The notes under the pieces were generated by a model. It was given only the letters and a program-made list of their open reading frames with translations, made no database searches and had not been told where the DNA came from. Both the position numbers and the translations under genes were made by a program. Source: Azolla caroliniana (taxonomy: Eukaryota > Plantae > Polypodiophyta). From it: DNA of 64,000 nucleotides. The stretch lies in NCBI GenBank assembly GCA_043228905.1, contig JBHGNT010000015.1, positions 17,360,001 through 17,424,000 on the forward strand, written 5' to 3'. Positions 61,060 through 64,000 of this stretch are shown piece by piece. How positions within the stretch are numbered: position 1 is the stretch's first letter; the number at the start of each line of letters is the position of its first letter.

Positions 61060-62340
61060 GTCCTTACCTACCACCAAATTTGAAATGAGGGATATGTACG
61101 TAGAATTGATATCATCCACAAACCTCACAGATCATTGTGAGGAATTGGAAGCTGATCATGGCTCCACTTAACCATAATTTGAAGGTACAAGCTAACTCAA
61201 GCTCTATTATTAACAACAAGATACAATATGCATAGATAATTGAAAGCCACACCTATTTGACTATTACCCTCCTTGACCTTACCTACACAGTTGACCTCAT
61301 AAGCCAATTAATGCAAATGTATGTGATGGATATTTTGATTATGCTAAGCGCGTGATTCAATGTGTGGGCAACATTGTGGATCAAAACATATTTTTTAATG
61401 GATCAATGATTGACATTGGGCTTCACATCACATTATTAACAACAAGATACAATATGTATGCATAGATAATTGAAAGCCACACCTATTTGACTATTACCCT
61501 CCTCGACCTTACCTACACAGTTAACCTCATAAGCCAATTCATGCAAATGCCATGTGATGGATATTTTGATTATGCTAAGCGCGTGATGCAATGTGTGGGC
61601 AACATTGTGGATCAAAACATATTTTTTAATGGATCAATGATTGACATTGGGCTTCACATTCTCCTTGGGATATGGTGCCATATCTTGAAGCAGGACCTAC
61701 ATAGACCTCGATAGGGCTCATAGTTCAATCAATCAATGATCAACATTGGGCTTTGCATTCTCATTAGGATATAGTGCCATATCTTGGAGTAGAAAAAAGC
61801 AACCTAAGGTAGATCTATGATGCAAGAAGGCAGAGTATTGGGGCACGATCGTAATTGATTGTGAAGTCATATGGCTTAAGCAGATCTTGGGAGACATGTG
61901 TAGCGTCTTTTTGTGTCCTTAATGAAAACTACTTTTTACTTGGGCATTCTTCTTGAGAGCCACCTCAAGGTCGGTTTGTAGGGATGTATCATTGTCTACC
62001 TTTCATTGACAAGACAAGCAAGAGTGAGTGCCAATCACTCCCAAGATACTTGTGTGTAGGCTATCTAGAACAACAAACTCTAAAAATCCTACTTTGCGAC
62101 TTTATGAACCTTGCAAGATTAATTAAACACTTAACCATGTGAGGCTTTACTATAGCGGGAGCACTCAATAGAAATGATGACAAGGTGAAAATCACCAACA
62201 TAAGCATAGTTTCCACCAATTGTATGATGATTACAAATATTAGGCTTATAACTGATAATTAAGGAACCGATTAACGATAACGAGGCTCAACCTATTACAA
62301 ATTATGTTTGACAAATTGGGGGTAGAAAAGTTCAAACATA
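61060..62340 (+). pseudogene. Highly degenerate copia RT/RNase H remnant with an internal duplication of about 240 bp
   Basis: LTIT..DLTYTVNLISQFMQ, AISWSRKKQPKV, CEVIWLKQILGD. Confidence 0.7.
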
Positions 62341-63205
62341 TTATCTTTGTACCCCATTACAATATCAAGTTCTCCTTGTTTATTGCCCCACTTCTACAAG
62401 CAATTTTTGTTGTATCCTTAGACCATAACATCAAAGGTGAGATGTGTGTTGTCTCAAGGTGCACACCACCGAGAGCACGCCTATTTATCTACGATGTTCT
62501 ACCTCAACATTGATGTTGTGAACCAAAGGATTCAAACCACCATAATCCCTTTTGGTAGTGAACCCGGCAAGAATGGTTGTCAATCACTCCGAGCTCTAGT
62601 TGTGCAACCCTAACCTCATAAACTCTCACTCACACCTCCTCGTGTTAACCCTCATTAAAGAGACTATGTAAGTCCTAAGAAAAGCTTAAAAAGTACACAT
62701 ACACACATATAAGTAAAGACAAACAATATATGTGTTAATCATGACCCCGTCTCAATCAATATAAGAGCCTACAACACACATGTAAAAAGAGGAGTGATTA
62801 AGGCATAATTAATCAATTAAACTTTATCACTCCATTCACTTAAGTGAAAGATTAAGGAAATGAGAAAAGAGAGCTAAAGATTAGGTTATAAGAGGAGAGA
62901 AAAATCATGAGGGAAGAAGAGTTACAAAAATCACCAAAAGTTAATATTGTAGCTTTTTATAATGAAGTTTTGTCTCTTTCACATTAGGGTAGCCATTTGC
63001 CCTAGAGCTTTGATGGGAATTTTGTCCTATTCCTCTTTTCTCAAATCTTCAGTTGAGCTTGATGTTTATGTTGGTGACAATGTCTTCATGAATCATATTA
63101 CATACGCCAAGTACTTAACAAGATGTTATAAAGAGCTTTGTAGAAATGTGCAAAATCTTTGATCTTAATCGAGTGACATGTTACGACGAGGGCATGGGTG
63201 AGGTG

Positions 63206-63460
63206 GATATTAGATTAGATATTTTTTAGCGTCCATAGAAAGGCCAATATTGGCCCATGGGGCCTAAGTACAGAAGTTCTCTTGACGCGTTTCTCCTTCC
63301 TAAGAAGGGATACTCATACTTTGAAGTTTGAAGCACAAAGTCTCGATTTGTGAATAAGAGATACACATATGAGCTCAACCTTCTAGGTGTTCTCTTTAGT
63401 TTGATACTCAAGTCATCACCCCATCTTAATATGTCATCATAACTTTCATGAATTGCACTA
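63206..63460 (-). mobile_element. Second truncated copy of the LINE-like 3' end
   Basis: Reverse complement aligns with 40207-40453, including the ATATCTA tail. Confidence 0.6.
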
Positions 63461-64000
63461 TTATCTTTATCTACGAACTTAACTAGTTATCTATTATGAT
63501 GATTAGCATTTTATTATGAGTTTTTAAGATAATTTATTATTTATTGATAGGTGTATGACATATGCCTATTGCATTTAGGATTTAGTTATTTGTTTACTTA
63601 TTGATTGATTGATTTAGTTGTTGTTACATATACATCTATAGATAATGTGGGTGAGGTATCATGGAGAGTAGTGGGGGCATGTTGGTTGGTAAAAGACGTA
63701 CATCCGAATGGGGAGGAGGTTGAGGTAGGAATGATGGACCCAGAAGGTTAGGGTGGAGGAAAGGTTGGGAGAGAAAGTGACTCGTGAGGGTAAACAAGAA
63801 AAATAGTAGGGCAAAAGAAGCAAGAGCGTAATGGATGATAAAAGGAAATCTTGGTAGGGATTGTATGGAGGGGTGAGAGAGAAAGAGAAACAAAATGGAC
63901 CGTAGGTTAAAAGGTATGCACGAGAACTCATGAAAATTAGCGGTAGCTACATTTTGACATGAAAGAAGGATTGGACGCACAAGCATTACAAGTTACAACT

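Overview
Eukaryotic plant genomic DNA, most likely a non-seed land plant such as a fern (inferred from the Tcn1-like chromoviruses and gene style). Bases 1-40.2 kb are a dense nest of LTR retrotransposons: three Tcn1-like chromoviruses (A 1-8546, D 16841-23698, C 26940-36926), one Athila-like element with an extra 3' ORF (B 8547-16840), a young near-intact Ty1/copia (1315-6549), two old copia remnants, three solo LTRs and a gag-only element with apparently identical LTRs (33097-36362). The right part holds two host genes: a three-exon PPPDE/DeSI peptidase (minus, 44783-46536) and a three-exon GAMYB-like R2R3-MYB with a miR159/319 site (plus, 55958-59660). The main unexplained signals are: (1) antisense tRNA-like A-box/B-box modules with tRNA spacing in the U3 of three unrelated LTR families; (2) four insertions with TGTCG..CGACA-type ends whose 4-bp target duplications are all centred on CpG; (3) Tf1-type self-priming and a conserved -1 frameshift signal in the chromoviruses; (4) splice sites multiplied by tandem duplication in both host genes. 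All alignments and counts were done by eye.
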